A stretch of DNA of 42,927 bases from Candidatus Altiarchaeota archaeon (GCA_043813075.1 JBDRLL010000017.1:1-42927), one strand, 5' to 3'; counted from the first letter of the stretch, positions 28,066 through 38,262 are shown. A program made the numbers and translations. The notes: a model not told the origin generated them from the letters alone.

Positions 28066-29640
28066 ATGGTCTACGACGACTATGGGGAGCTTAGCCTAGA
28101 GCACGAGTATCATAATCTGGGCAACGACTACTATAAGATAAACGAGTTCGACAAGGCCATCGAACACTACAATAAGGCGCTTGAACTCAGGCCTGACCTT
28201 CTTGAAACCTACTTCAACAGGGGTCTCGCGTACACCAGGAAGCAGATGTACGACAAGGCCTTGGAAGACATGACCAAGGTCATCGAGTTGAACCCCAACC
28301 TGGCTGAAGCATACTACACCCGCGGGCTAATCCACGAGTACAAGATGGACTACGAACGCGCCATCGGAGACTACGACAAGGCGCTTGAAGTAGACCCTAA
28401 GTACAGCAAGGCGGAGACGCAGAGGGATGTGGCAAGGAACAAGAAGGCGAGCATAGCCTCCGGTGGCGGTGGCGGGGGAGGAATGACTCCGGGAGCCCCC
28501 AGCGGCGAAGGAGGTGACGGGCAGAGCAACCTCACCAAGTTCGAGGTGATGGAGAAGCCGAAGATGCGCTTCAAGGATGTTGCAGGCCTTGACAAGGTGA
28601 AGGAGAAGATCCTAGAGTACATCGTATACCCGCTGTCGAATCCGGAACTGGCCAAGAGATACGGTAAGGAGGCTGGGGGAGGCGTTATAATGTACGGGCC
28701 CCCAGGGTGCGGTAAGACGTTCATAGCGAAGGCTTCTGCGGGAGAGTGTGCGGCAGCGTTCATAAGCGTTAAGGCGAGCGACATAGTCGACATGTACGCT
28801 GGTAACACGGAGAAGAACCTGCACAACGCGTTCGAGACGGCGAGGGAGCATAAGCCGTGCATACTCTTCTTCGATGAGATAGATGGTGTCGCAGGCAAGA
28901 GGGAGGGCATGGACCAGAGCTTTGAGAAGCGTGCCATCAACCAGTTCCTGGTCGAAATGGACGGGGCAGAATACTCTAATGAGGGAGTGCTTGCCGTAGG
29001 CGCCACCAACGCTCCATGGGACATTGACGCGGCGTTAAGACGTGCGGGCAGATTCAGCAGGATGATATTCATAGGGGAGCCGGACACCAAGACGAGAAGG
29101 GAGATAATAAAGATACACATGAGGAAGCGTCCTGTAAGCAAGAGACTCAATGTAGGGCGTGTGGCAAGAATGACGGAGGGATACTCTCCAGCAGACCTGG
29201 CGGCACTAGTCGACGCCGCAGCCACAATACCCTGGAAGGAGGCGCTCAAGACCGGAAAGGAGAGGGTCATAACGTTCGACGACTTCAGGAAGGCGAGCAG
29301 CGGGGAGGACGCGGTCACACCATCACTCCCGGCATGGTACGGGTCGGTCAAGAAGAAGCTTATAGAGGAGGAGGATGACGACAAAAACAAGTACGGTTCT
29401 GGCCTTAGGGGCGTGTTCATGGAGATACTTGACACGAACTTCAGCGACACCCAATCATCGTACTCCAGCAGCGGGTCCTCATCCACGACAGTCAAACACA
29501 AGTCAGAGCAGAAGGAGCTTATAAACGAGGAGGAGAGGCGCCAGTTCAGCCAGCTTATCAAGGACATAGAGAAGCGTACTGACGACCTTTATCTTATGCT
29601 CAAGAAGATGCGGACGATGACTGCGAGATACGTAATGTAG
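28066..29640 (+). CDS. TPR-repeat AAA+ ATPase (classical clade, Cdc48/Vps4-like single AAA module)
   Basis: Three TPRs, Gly-rich linker, FKDVAGL, YGPPGCGKT, FFDEID, SRH ATNAPWDIDAALRRAGRF. Confidence 0.92.
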   Translation: MVYDDYGELSLEHEYHNLGNDYYKINEFDKAIEHYNKALELRPDLLETYFNRGLAYTRKQMYDKALEDMTKVIELNPNLAEAYYTRGLIHEYKMDYERAIGDYDKALEVDPKYSKAETQRDVARNKKASIASGGGGGGGMTPGAPSGEGGDGQSNLTKFEVMEKPKMRFKDVAGLDKVKEKILEYIVYPLSNPELAKRYGKEAGGGVIMYGPPGCGKTFIAKASAGECAAAFISVKASDIVDMYAGNTEKNLHNAFETAREHKPCILFFDEIDGVAGKREGMDQSFEKRAINQFLVEMDGAEYSNEGVLAVGATNAPWDIDAALRRAGRFSRMIFIGEPDTKTRREIIKIHMRKRPVSKRLNVGRVARMTEGYSPADLAALVDAAATIPWKEALKTGKERVITFDDFRKASSGEDAVTPSLPAWYGSVKKKLIEEEDDDKNKYGSGLRGVFMEILDTNFSDTQSSYSSSGSSSTTVKHKSEQKELINEEERRQFSQLIKDIEKRTDDLYLMLKKMRTMTARYVM

Positions 29641-29676
29641 CTTTTATTCTAAGACAACACTATTAGTTGTTCGAAA

Positions 29677-30027
29677 ATGACTTCCATAACGCCCTGCCAG
29701 GAATGCACGTTATGCTGCAAGCACATAACCATCGAGATAGACGCTCCAGTGCAGGAGAAAGACTACGACGAGATAAGATGGTTTATCATGCACGACAACA
29801 TAATCGTGTTCATAGACCATGAAGACTGCTGGTACCTGGAGGTGAGGACCAAATGCAGTGCGCTGACGGAAGACGGGTTATGCAGCATATACGATAATAG
29901 GCCGGTCATCTGCAGGGAATACGATGTTGGTGAATGCGAGAGACACAACGAGTACTATAAGACGATATTCAGGAACATCGAGGACTTCAACAACTACATG
30001 ATGTTTAAGAGGGCGCTGCCATTATAG
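29677..30027 (+). CDS. YkgJ / CxxCxxCC cysteine-cluster protein
   Basis: CQECTLCC...C..L...GLCSIYDNRPVICREY. Confidence 0.88.
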   Translation: MTSITPCQECTLCCKHITIEIDAPVQEKDYDEIRWFIMHDNIIVFIDHEDCWYLEVRTKCSALTEDGLCSIYDNRPVICREYDVGECERHNEYYKTIFRNIEDFNNYMMFKRALPL

Positions 30028-30033
30028 TATTGC

Positions 30034-31515
30034 ATGGACGCAGCACTTGTCCTAACACCAGCCTGGCACAGGGACACTCCGCCACTCTCAACAGGCTATC
30101 TCGCCGCAGTACTGCGTGATGCCGGGTTCACTGCTAAGACATTTGACTTAAACATGGAGGTTGAGGAAAGCACATCCTCCAGGCTCCCGCTACCCTATCT
30201 TGAGGGGAGGTTCATGTCATACCTCCACCCAGAATTCTTTGAGCCTGAAGACGATGACGCGCGACTTCATGGGACTTCTGAAAGCCTATGCGAGAGATGG
30301 TGCGGTAGGATACTGGATGACGACCCGAATGTCATAGGCTTTTCCACCTACTACAACACGCTTCTGACTAGCCTCATGCTCGCGAAAAAGATAAGAGAGG
30401 AGGATGATTCAAGGATAATCGTGTTCGGAGGCCCTGAGGCAGACAGGCATAATAACGGCCGCTTCATCGCACACACCGGCTGGGTCGACTACACCGTGCC
30501 TCAGGAAGGAGAGCTGATACTCCCAGAGATAGTGGGAAAAGCCAGATCCGGTTTTAATGCAGGCCCTATAGCCGGCACGATAGTCAATCAAGACGGCAAG
30601 GTCGTGGATTTTGGCGACGGTCCGATACCTTTGGACCTTGACTCGCTGCCTTACCCGGACTTCTCAGACAACCCTGTTGAGGGATACCGTATCTCTCCGA
30701 TGACGCCAATAGTCTCAAGCAGGGGGTGCGTCGGAAGGTGTGTCTTCTGCGGTGAACGACCGTTCTTCAGGTGCTTCAGGCAGAGGAGTGTTGAAGATGT
30801 TGTTTGTGAGATGGAACATCAGGTTGACGCGCATGACGTGTGCGTCTTCCACTTTAACGACTCCATGATGAACGCCGACCAACAGTACCTCTCACGACTC
30901 TGCACGGGGATAATTGATTCCGGGCTGGATGTCGCCTGGGGCGGTAACGCGAGGGCAGACAAGCTCGATTCTGACATGATAACATCGATGTATGATTCAG
31001 GATGCAGGTTTCTGCTGTACGGCATAGAGAGCGGATCCCAGAGGGTGCTGGGCTCGATGAAGAAGGATATCAGCATCGTAGACGCCGAGAAGGTGCTGGA
31101 GAAGACTCATGATTCAGGAATCTTCACCCACACTTACATGATAACAGGCTTCCCCACCGAGACGAATGAGGATTTTGAAGAGTCGATGCTGTTTCTAGAG
31201 AGGAATAAGAAGTATATCGACAGCGCCCAGGCTAACGGATTCTACATGCCACTGAACTCGGATATGATGAGGGAACACGAGAAGTACGGCATAGGATTTC
31301 ATGAGGATAGGCTAGAATATCCTCGGGAGCTGGAGCAGTACGCGAGATACTTCAGGTCACCACACCCCAACTGGAGTGTGAGCGGATACGAGAGCACTAC
31401 AGAGTCACGGTCAAACAGGTACTGGAAGATGGCGGAGTACATAAAGGAAAACTTCCTCCAAGAGCTCCAGTTAAGGAACTTCCGGAAAAGCCTTATGCGG
31501 ATGGGAGGCCGATAA
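30034..31515 (+). CDS. Cobalamin-binding radical SAM protein (class B-like)
   Basis: PPLSTGYLAA..FDLN, IVFGGP, QEGE, LDSLPYPD, SSRGCVGRCVFC, GIESGS..VL..MKK, ITGFPTET. Confidence 0.92.
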   Translation: MDAALVLTPAWHRDTPPLSTGYLAAVLRDAGFTAKTFDLNMEVEESTSSRLPLPYLEGRFMSYLHPEFFEPEDDDARLHGTSESLCERWCGRILDDDPNVIGFSTYYNTLLTSLMLAKKIREEDDSRIIVFGGPEADRHNNGRFIAHTGWVDYTVPQEGELILPEIVGKARSGFNAGPIAGTIVNQDGKVVDFGDGPIPLDLDSLPYPDFSDNPVEGYRISPMTPIVSSRGCVGRCVFCGERPFFRCFRQRSVEDVVCEMEHQVDAHDVCVFHFNDSMMNADQQYLSRLCTGIIDSGLDVAWGGNARADKLDSDMITSMYDSGCRFLLYGIESGSQRVLGSMKKDISIVDAEKVLEKTHDSGIFTHTYMITGFPTETNEDFEESMLFLERNKKYIDSAQANGFYMPLNSDMMREHEKYGIGFHEDRLEYPRELEQYARYFRSPHPNWSVSGYESTTESRSNRYWKMAEYIKENFLQELQLRNFRKSLMRMGGR

Positions 31516-31589
31516 TTTTTCCAACGCAGTAGGACAAGACAGTTTATAAGACACTCCCAATCCATGACACCAAAAGACGGAGGTGATAC

Positions 31590-31610
31590 ATGGAGTATGC
31601 GATGGAATAA
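31590..31610 (+). other. Candidate micro-ORF MEYAME with its own promoter and SD
   Basis: TTTATAA at 31543-31549; GGAGGTGA at 31579-31586, then TAC and ATG GAG TAT GCG ATG GAA TAA. Confidence 0.3.
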
Positions 31611-31643
31611 GGAAGGGATCAGCACACATAAGAAAAATCAGGA

Positions 31644-31674
31644 GGGTGCTGACGCCTAAAAAGCGTCGGCACCC
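31644..31674. terminator. 12-bp hairpin between the convergent radical SAM and ppdK genes
   Basis: GGGTGCTGACGC / GCGTCGGCACCC (one G-U pair on the + strand); T-tracts flank it on the minus strand. Confidence 0.6.
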
Positions 31675-31706
31675 CACACAAGATAAAAATAAATAAAGAA
31701 GAAGGA

Positions 31707-34391
31707 TTACTTCTTCTTAGCCTTCTTCTTAGCGGGCTTAGCCTTCTTCACGGCCTTCTTGTTCCGCGGGTTCTTAATCTCCGCGTGCGCTGCCGCGAGA
31801 CGTGCTATCGGAACCCTGTAAGGGCTGCAGCTCACATAGTTCATGCCCACGCTATGGCAGAATTCCACTGAACTAGGCTCTCCACCATGTTCACCGCATA
31901 TGCCCACCTTCAGGCCGGGACGCGCTGCCCTTCCCCTCTTAACGCCCATCTCAACAAGCTGACCAACGCCTTTCTGGTCTAAAACCTGGAACGGGTCCTT
32001 CTCGAAGATTCCATTCTCAATGTATTCCTGTAGGAATTTTCCTGCATCATCCCTGCTGAATCCGAAGGTCATCTGCGTGAGGTCGTTGGTCCCGAAGCTG
32101 AAGAATTCAGCCGACTCCGCGATCTTGTCCGCAAGTAAAGCGGCCCGCGGTATCTCGATCATCGTTCCGACAAGATACTTTATCTTAACCTTCTTCTCCT
32201 TCATGACCTTGGCTGCAGTCTCGTCGACAACAGTCTTGAGTATCTGAAGCTCCTTGGGCTCGCCGACCAGGGGTATCATGACTTCTGGCACAACGTTCTG
32301 ACCCTTCTTCCGCAGGTTCGCGGCAGCCTCGAATATCGCCCTGGCCTGCATTTCCGCTATCTCAGGATAGGTTAAAGCTAGCCTGCATCCCCTGTGCCCG
32401 AGCATCGGATTCATCTCGTGGAGCGAGCTTATCTTGCTTTCAAGCTTCTCGACAGACACGTTCATGTCACGAGACAACTCCTCTATCTGCCTCTTCTCCT
32501 GCGGCAGGAACTCGTGCAATGGAGGGTCCAACAACCTTATTGTCACTGGAAGACCCTTCATGGCCTCGAATATGCCCTCGAAATCGCTCCTCTGCATTGG
32601 CAGCAGCTTGGCGAGTGCCTTGCGCCTGCCTTCCTCATCTTCTGAGAGAATCATCTCGCGGACCGACTTTATCCTATCCGCCTCGAAGAACATGTGCTCT
32701 GTCCTGCACAAGCCGATACCCTCAGCGCCGAAGTCTCTCGCAACCTTCGAGTCCTTCGGAGTGTCAGCGTTGGTCCTCACGCCCATGGCCCGTATCTTGT
32801 CCGCCCATGACATCAGCTCCCTGAACTCGCCCTTCAATTCCGGCTCCATGAGCTCTACCTTACCGAGGATTACCTCACCAGTATTACCGTTCAATGCTAT
32901 CATGTCGCCCTCCTTGATAACGTTATGCCCGCAGGTAAACTGCTTGTTCTTGTAGTCCACGTTTATCTTCTCGCATCCTGCGACACAACATTTGCCCATA
33001 CCACGGGCGACGACGGCTGCGTGAGAGGTCATTCCGCCGCGGGCGGTGAGTATGCCCCTTGCAGCAACCATCCCCTCGATGTCCTCAGGACTGGTCTCTA
33101 TGCGGACTAGTATTACGTTCTCATCCCGCTCGTGCTTCCAGTCGTACGCGTCCTCAGCGGTGAACACTACCTTACCTACTGCAGCGCCAGGAGATGCTGG
33201 AAGGCCCTTCGCGATTATGTTGCACTTCGCCTTCGGGTCTATGCACGGGTGCAGCAACTGGTCTAGTGTTGCGGGAGCAACCCTCATAATGGCCTCCTCC
33301 TTTGTTATCAAGCCCTCATTCACCATGTCTACCGCTATCTTCACTGCGGCTGCCGCAGTCCTCTTTCCGTCACGGGTCTGCAGGATGTATAACTCGCCCT
33401 CTTCGATGGTGAACTCGAAGTCCTGCATCTCATGATAGTGCTGCTCCAGCTTCTTGTACACCTGGAGGAGCTCCTCGTAAGCGTGGGGCATAGTGTTCTT
33501 CAGGCTCTCTATCGGAAGCGGAGTCCTGATTCCGGCGACAACATCCTCTCCCTGAGCGTTGACGAGGCATTCACCGTAGTACTCCTTCTCTCCGGTAGCC
33601 GGATTCCTGGTGAAAGCTACTCCAGTTCCGGAAGTATCACCCATATTCCCGAAAACCATCGTCTGAACGTTCACGGCAGTCCCAAGGTCGTCTGGAATGT
33701 CGTGTATTCTCCGGTATGACTTTGCCCTTGGGAGATCCCATGACTTGAATACCGCGTTGATCGCTAGATACAATTGCTTCTTCGGATCAAGGGGGAACGA
33801 CTTGCCGGCATGCTTGACGACAACCCTCTTATACTCGCCGCACAGCACCTTCAGGTCTTCGACATTCAATTCAGTGTCCAACCGGACACCCCTATCCCTC
33901 TTCAGCTTGCTTATCTCATGCTCGAAGTGCTCGTGATCCACTCCCATCACAACGTCCCCGAACATGTTTATGAAACGCCTGTACGAGTCGTATGCCATGC
34001 GTGGATTCCCAGTCTTCTTCGCCAGGCCCTCGACCGCGTCATCATTCAAACCCAGATTCAACACGGTGTTCATCATGCCGGGCATGGAGAACTTAGCTCC
34101 TGAACGGACTGAAACCAGCAGCGGGTTTTCCTTGCTGCCGAACTTCTTGCCGGTAACCTTCTCAAGCTTCTTCAAAGCATCATCCACCTGCTTCTCCATC
34201 CCAGCGGGATACTTCTTGTTCTTGGAGAAATGGATGCACGCCTCTGTTGTGATAGTCAATCCTGGAGGCACCGGAAGCTTCGCGTTCGTCATCTCCGCCA
34301 GGTTGGCTCCCTTGCCACCAAGCAGATCCTTCATTCTCCTATTTCCATCGGCCTTACCACCGCCGAAAAAGTAAACATATTTGTTAGACAT
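31707..34391 (-). CDS. ppdK: Pyruvate, phosphate dikinase
   Basis: [91 protein letters not shown] at 34391 (MSNKYVYFF) is preferred over GTG at 34406. Confidence 0.97.
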   Translation of the reverse strand: MSNKYVYFFGGGKADGNRRMKDLLGGKGANLAEMTNAKLPVPPGLTITTEACIHFSKNKKYPAGMEKQVDDALKKLEKVTGKKFGSKENPLLVSVRSGAKFSMPGMMNTVLNLGLNDDAVEGLAKKTGNPRMAYDSYRRFINMFGDVVMGVDHEHFEHEISKLKRDRGVRLDTELNVEDLKVLCGEYKRVVVKHAGKSFPLDPKKQLYLAINAVFKSWDLPRAKSYRRIHDIPDDLGTAVNVQTMVFGNMGDTSGTGVAFTRNPATGEKEYYGECLVNAQGEDVVAGIRTPLPIESLKNTMPHAYEELLQVYKKLEQHYHEMQDFEFTIEEGELYILQTRDGKRTAAAAVKIAVDMVNEGLITKEEAIMRVAPATLDQLLHPCIDPKAKCNIIAKGLPASPGAAVGKVVFTAEDAYDWKHERDENVILVRIETSPEDIEGMVAARGILTARGGMTSHAAVVARGMGKCCVAGCEKINVDYKNKQFTCGHNVIKEGDMIALNGNTGEVILGKVELMEPELKGEFRELMSWADKIRAMGVRTNADTPKDSKVARDFGAEGIGLCRTEHMFFEADRIKSVREMILSEDEEGRRKALAKLLPMQRSDFEGIFEAMKGLPVTIRLLDPPLHEFLPQEKRQIEELSRDMNVSVEKLESKISSLHEMNPMLGHRGCRLALTYPEIAEMQARAIFEAAANLRKKGQNVVPEVMIPLVGEPKELQILKTVVDETAAKVMKEKKVKIKYLVGTMIEIPRAALLADKIAESAEFFSFGTNDLTQMTFGFSRDDAGKFLQEYIENGIFEKDPFQVLDQKGVGQLVEMGVKRGRAARPGLKVGICGEHGGEPSSVEFCHSVGMNYVSCSPYRVPIARLAAAHAEIKNPRNKKAVKKAKPAKKKAKKK

Positions 34392-34483
34392 TTTCCCTAA
34401 ATTCACCCTTCATATTTTTAGAATAAAAAACTGGAAAAAAGAATTAAGCTTCCTAATATAAATAGTACTAAGACGCAAGGACT

Positions 34484-34591
34484 ATGTGGAATATGAGTGG
34501 TATAATGGGCAATATACCGGTTTTAGTTGGTTTTATCCTGGGAACGCTCACCGCACTAGCAGGCCTATACGCGTTTGCAGCCTGCATGTAA
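34484..34591 (+). CDS. Small single-TM membrane peptide (35 aa)
   Basis: Translated by hand: MWNMSGIMGNIPVLVGFILGTLTALAGLYAFAACM*; TATA-like AATATAAATA about 20 nt upstream. Confidence 0.5.
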   Translation: MWNMSGIMGNIPVLVGFILGTLTALAGLYAFAACM

Positions 34592-34730
34592 GCCAGGCCG
34601 GAACCGTGCAGCATATCACGTTTTTTAACGCCTAAAGCCTGAGGGGGGTAATGACAGTCAAGATAGTCGATAGCGGGAGATGTTGCGGTCTCGTGAAAAC
34701 TGACTTACTAATATAGAAACCGAATATATA

Positions 34731-36125
34731 GTGATGAGCAAGAAGACGAAGATCATCTGCACGATCGGGCCTGCTTCTGAGAGCAAGAGTGTTTTAAAGA
34801 GGATGTATGCTGCGGGGATGAACGCCGGCCGCCTGAACACCGCGCACGACACGTTCAGGGAATACAACCGGAGGGTGAGGAACATACGCTCAGTCGCGGA
34901 CATACCGATCATAGTTGACGTCAAGGGGCCTGAAGTCAGGATAGACTGCGACAAAGAAGTCGGGCTGACGAAGGGCGACGTCTTCACAGTAGGTTTCGGG
35001 AAGTCCGACCCCATACGGCTTAACAGGAAGATTTACAGTCAGGTGAGGAAGGACGATACCCTGATGATAGCGGACGGGATGATAAAAACCAGGGTCGTGA
35101 AGAAGGCTGATGGGAGGCTAAGGCTGAAGTGCGAAACCAAGAACTGTGTTATAGGCAAATCCAAGGGAGTTAACATTCCTGACAAGAGGCTTAAGGTGCC
35201 GCTGCTGTCTGAGAAGGACGAGAAGGCCATAGAATTCGCTATAAAAAACAGGATAGACTATATTGCACTGTCGTTCACAAGAGACAAGAGGGATCTGGAC
35301 CATCTTAAGGAGCACCTAGGTAAGGCGGAGATAGGTGTCATAGCAAAGATAGAGAACAAGGATGGTGTGGAAAACATCAGGGAGATAATAGACCATTCTG
35401 ACGGCGTGATGGTCGCCCGCGGAGACCTGGGCGTAGAACTTCCATCAGAGAGGATACCGATAATACAGAAGAGGATAATCGACATGTGCAACAGGCGTGG
35501 TAAGATAAGCATAGTCGCCACCGAAATGCTCCATTCGATGACGGAAAACCCGAGGCCCACGAGAGCGGAGACCAGTGATGTCGCCAACGCCATACTGGAC
35601 GGCGCTGATGCGGTAATGCTCTCTTCAGAGTCGGCTATGGGGAGATATCCGATGGAGTCGGTTAGGGTTATGTCTAGGATAGCGAGGGAGATAGAGGAGT
35701 TCGTGCCCACCAAGAGACTGTCTTACGCGAAGAACAATGTTTCCCTGGCGATAGCGAATGCAGTGAACACTGTGATAAACAGCATTGAAGTCGACAAGAT
35801 CATAGTGCTGACGAAAAGCGGGTACACTGCGAGACTCATATCCAACTTCAAGACAGACATTGACTTGATAGCGATAACAGAAGACAGGCGTGTGAGGAGG
35901 AAGCTGGAGCTGGTGTACGGGGTGAAGCCAGTATACCACAACTACTTCCCTGAAAAGAACAGGATAAAGGCTGTCGCAGAATACTGTTTGGACAGGAAGA
36001 TGGTCGGCAAGGACGACATAGTCCTGTTCACAGCCGGAGTATACACTCAGACACCGTCAACCAACATGGTCGAACTGCACAAGATAAGTGAAATCCTCAA
36101 GTACCATAAGGACCACAGGTACTAG
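34731..36125 (+). CDS. pyk: Pyruvate kinase
   Basis: KTKIICTIGPAS, DVKGPEVR, KGVNIP, IAKIE, MVARGDLGVE, NPRPTRAETSDVANAILDGADAVMLS. Confidence 0.97.
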   Translation: MMSKKTKIICTIGPASESKSVLKRMYAAGMNAGRLNTAHDTFREYNRRVRNIRSVADIPIIVDVKGPEVRIDCDKEVGLTKGDVFTVGFGKSDPIRLNRKIYSQVRKDDTLMIADGMIKTRVVKKADGRLRLKCETKNCVIGKSKGVNIPDKRLKVPLLSEKDEKAIEFAIKNRIDYIALSFTRDKRDLDHLKEHLGKAEIGVIAKIENKDGVENIREIIDHSDGVMVARGDLGVELPSERIPIIQKRIIDMCNRRGKISIVATEMLHSMTENPRPTRAETSDVANAILDGADAVMLSSESAMGRYPMESVRVMSRIAREIEEFVPTKRLSYAKNNVSLAIANAVNTVINSIEVDKIIVLTKSGYTARLISNFKTDIDLIAITEDRRVRRKLELVYGVKPVYHNYFPEKNRIKAVAEYCLDRKMVGKDDIVLFTAGVYTQTPSTNMVELHKISEILKYHKDHRY

Positions 36126-36529
36126 TCCCCGCCCTTTGCCTGCGTTATCTTCCTCTGCGCACCGATCTGCATGTACATCAGATCACTGCCCTCCTTAACC
36201 AGAGCCTTGATGTCGTCTTCCTTGGGCATGGGCATGTCAAAAGTCTCGTAGGACTCCATGTCCATCATCTGGATGGTTTCTCCGATGATTGTCAAAACCT
36301 GCGCACTGCTCTTCTTGACTATAGGAACGTCAGCCTTGTCGCTCGCAGGAAGGATCATGCTCTTCTTCTGTCCGTCAAATATCCCAGTACCATCTATCCT
36401 CACTCTTGCTCCGCCGTGTTTCCCAGGCTTTGAGTGGGTCATTCCAGAAATCCTGCAGGGTATGTCCTCTATCAGAACGTACTTACCCGGCTTCAGAGTC
36501 TTTACCTCGACAATCTTCTTATCCATCAT
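36122..36529 (-). CDS. eif5a: Translation factor aIF5A (eIF5A)
   Basis: Hypusination motif SKPGKHGGAR; GIFDG, QMMDMESYETF. Confidence 0.95.
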   Translation of the reverse strand: MMDKKIVEVKTLKPGKYVLIEDIPCRISGMTHSKPGKHGGARVRIDGTGIFDGQKKSMILPASDKADVPIVKKSSAQVLTIIGETIQMMDMESYETFDMPMPKEDDIKALVKEGSDLMYMQIGAQRKITQAKGGD

Positions 36530-36623
36530 ATATCCTCAAAAAATAGATTAAATATGTTTAAATACAAATAAAAATAGGATTTTAGTGAATCCATACGATT
36601 TTACATATCTGAGTGAATCCAGG

Positions 36624-38222
36624 ATGGACTCATTCCTTAAGCACATTAATAAAAACACGACATTAACCCTATTAACCCTGTTTTTGATAGCCTTTTCAGT
36701 CAGACTCTACGCCACCCCCTTCGACGTTGTATTGCGTAAGGACGCGGTGATATACCTGATGAAATCCATGGAGATTACAAGACATGACTTCTCCCCCATC
36801 CTAACCCACAACAGCGGATGGCCGCTTTTCATGTCACCTTTTTTGTTCCTCCTGGGAGGTAAATCGGTTTTAGGGAACATGGTTTATGCGAGGATGATGT
36901 CATGTCTGGTTGGCGCAGCGTGTGTCATACCCCTTGCATACATTTCCAGGGAGGTGCTAGAGCGGAAATACTATGCGATTCCGTTGTTTCTCTATGCTTT
37001 TTCGCCGTATATGGTGCTGTCAGCGTCAACAGCATACTCAGAGCCCTTATTCACTTTCATGCTCTTGACATCCATCTACTTTATTTACAAAGGCAGGGAA
37101 AACAGGGTTTACTTCATGGCATCATCCATAACTGCTTCGCTCGCATACTATGTCCGACCAACGGGCATATACGTGCTGGCGGCAGTCATACTGTCAATGC
37201 TCCATCACACCAGGGGGAAGACACGTAGGGGCTACATGCACGTCATGTGCGTTATACTGGTTTTTTTATTGGTTTCGCTACCGTTCCTCTACCAGAGGCA
37301 TGTGTTCTTCGGCTCGCCATTCTATTACGGGGAGAATAGCAAGTATTTCGTGGATGACCCTGAGGAGAAATGGAGTACGAATATTCCAGTGCCTTCAATA
37401 GGAGAGTATCTTACGACCCACACGTACTCGGACTACTACGACAAATTCCTGATCAACGGGCTTCTGAACATAATACTGGTTTTCATCTTGATGATAAACC
37501 CGGCACTGCTAGTCTTCTTCCCATATGGCATGATAAAGCATTTTAATGACGCGAGATACACTCCGATAATGATTGTGTTCGCATCATGGATTCTGGGACA
37601 CACACCCGCATGGAGCATACTCGGAACCATGAGACACCTCTGGGTGCTAATACCATTCATACACATCGTTAGTGTTGCCGCAATAATAGACTTGGTTAGG
37701 AGATACAGGCTGTTGACGACACTCCTACCAGTATTCCTGATTTTATTCGCATCCATATCCGTAAGTGAAGTTTCAGGATACAGGAATCAAGAGTCGAAGA
37801 GAGTGATAGATGACGGCCTTGAATGGAGTAGATGGATAGCGGAGAACGTTGAGGGTAATCTAGCGGTGATAGATGGCATGGATCTCATACTGATGAACTC
37901 AGAAAACATGACCATCGGGGGGTTTACTGGAGGCAGGTACCTTTATACGTCAAACAGGCTGAACATGACAAGACCAGGATATTTTAACGACTTCGAGCCT
38001 GCAATGCAATGGCTTGAGGAGTCAGGCATCACCCACATAGTACTAGACGAGAATAACATGGGGAGAAGGCCTTATCTAAGGGAGGTTAACCCTGCGGAGG
38101 GGGATACTGGGTATCTAACTGAAGTGTATTCAAACCAGGATACCGAATCCGCTTGGAAGATAAGGATATACCTCATTAATTGGTCGTTATACGGGGAAAA
38201 CAGGGGATACTCCCGCGTATAA
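36624..38222 (+). CDS. GT-C fold (family 39/PMT/ArnT-like) membrane glycosyltransferase, paralog 1
   Basis: Multi-TM; D-x2-Y first loop, GWPL, YSEPLF, YYVRPTG, RHLW; C-terminal soluble domain. Start is ATG 36624 or GTG 36585. Confidence 0.85.
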   Translation: MDSFLKHINKNTTLTLLTLFLIAFSVRLYATPFDVVLRKDAVIYLMKSMEITRHDFSPILTHNSGWPLFMSPFLFLLGGKSVLGNMVYARMMSCLVGAACVIPLAYISREVLERKYYAIPLFLYAFSPYMVLSASTAYSEPLFTFMLLTSIYFIYKGRENRVYFMASSITASLAYYVRPTGIYVLAAVILSMLHHTRGKTRRGYMHVMCVILVFLLVSLPFLYQRHVFFGSPFYYGENSKYFVDDPEEKWSTNIPVPSIGEYLTTHTYSDYYDKFLINGLLNIILVFILMINPALLVFFPYGMIKHFNDARYTPIMIVFASWILGHTPAWSILGTMRHLWVLIPFIHIVSVAAIIDLVRRYRLLTTLLPVFLILFASISVSEVSGYRNQESKRVIDDGLEWSRWIAENVEGNLAVIDGMDLILMNSENMTIGGFTGGRYLYTSNRLNMTRPGYFNDFEPAMQWLEESGITHIVLDENNMGRRPYLREVNPAEGDTGYLTEVYSNQDTESAWKIRIYLINWSLYGENRGYSRV

Positions 38223-38262
38223 TGCACCGACAGCTTTTTAAGGGCATAAATCTAGTATTTAA

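Noticed and set aside
28371-29567. 398-aa antisense ORF
   Set aside because: Shadow of the TPR-AAA gene; Ser/Leu/Pro-rich with no motifs, as expected from sense-strand codon bias.
36584-36621. 10-bp direct repeat AGTGAATCCA (36584-36593, 36612-36621)
   Set aside because: Only two short copies around the alternative start codons; cannot be distinguished from chance.
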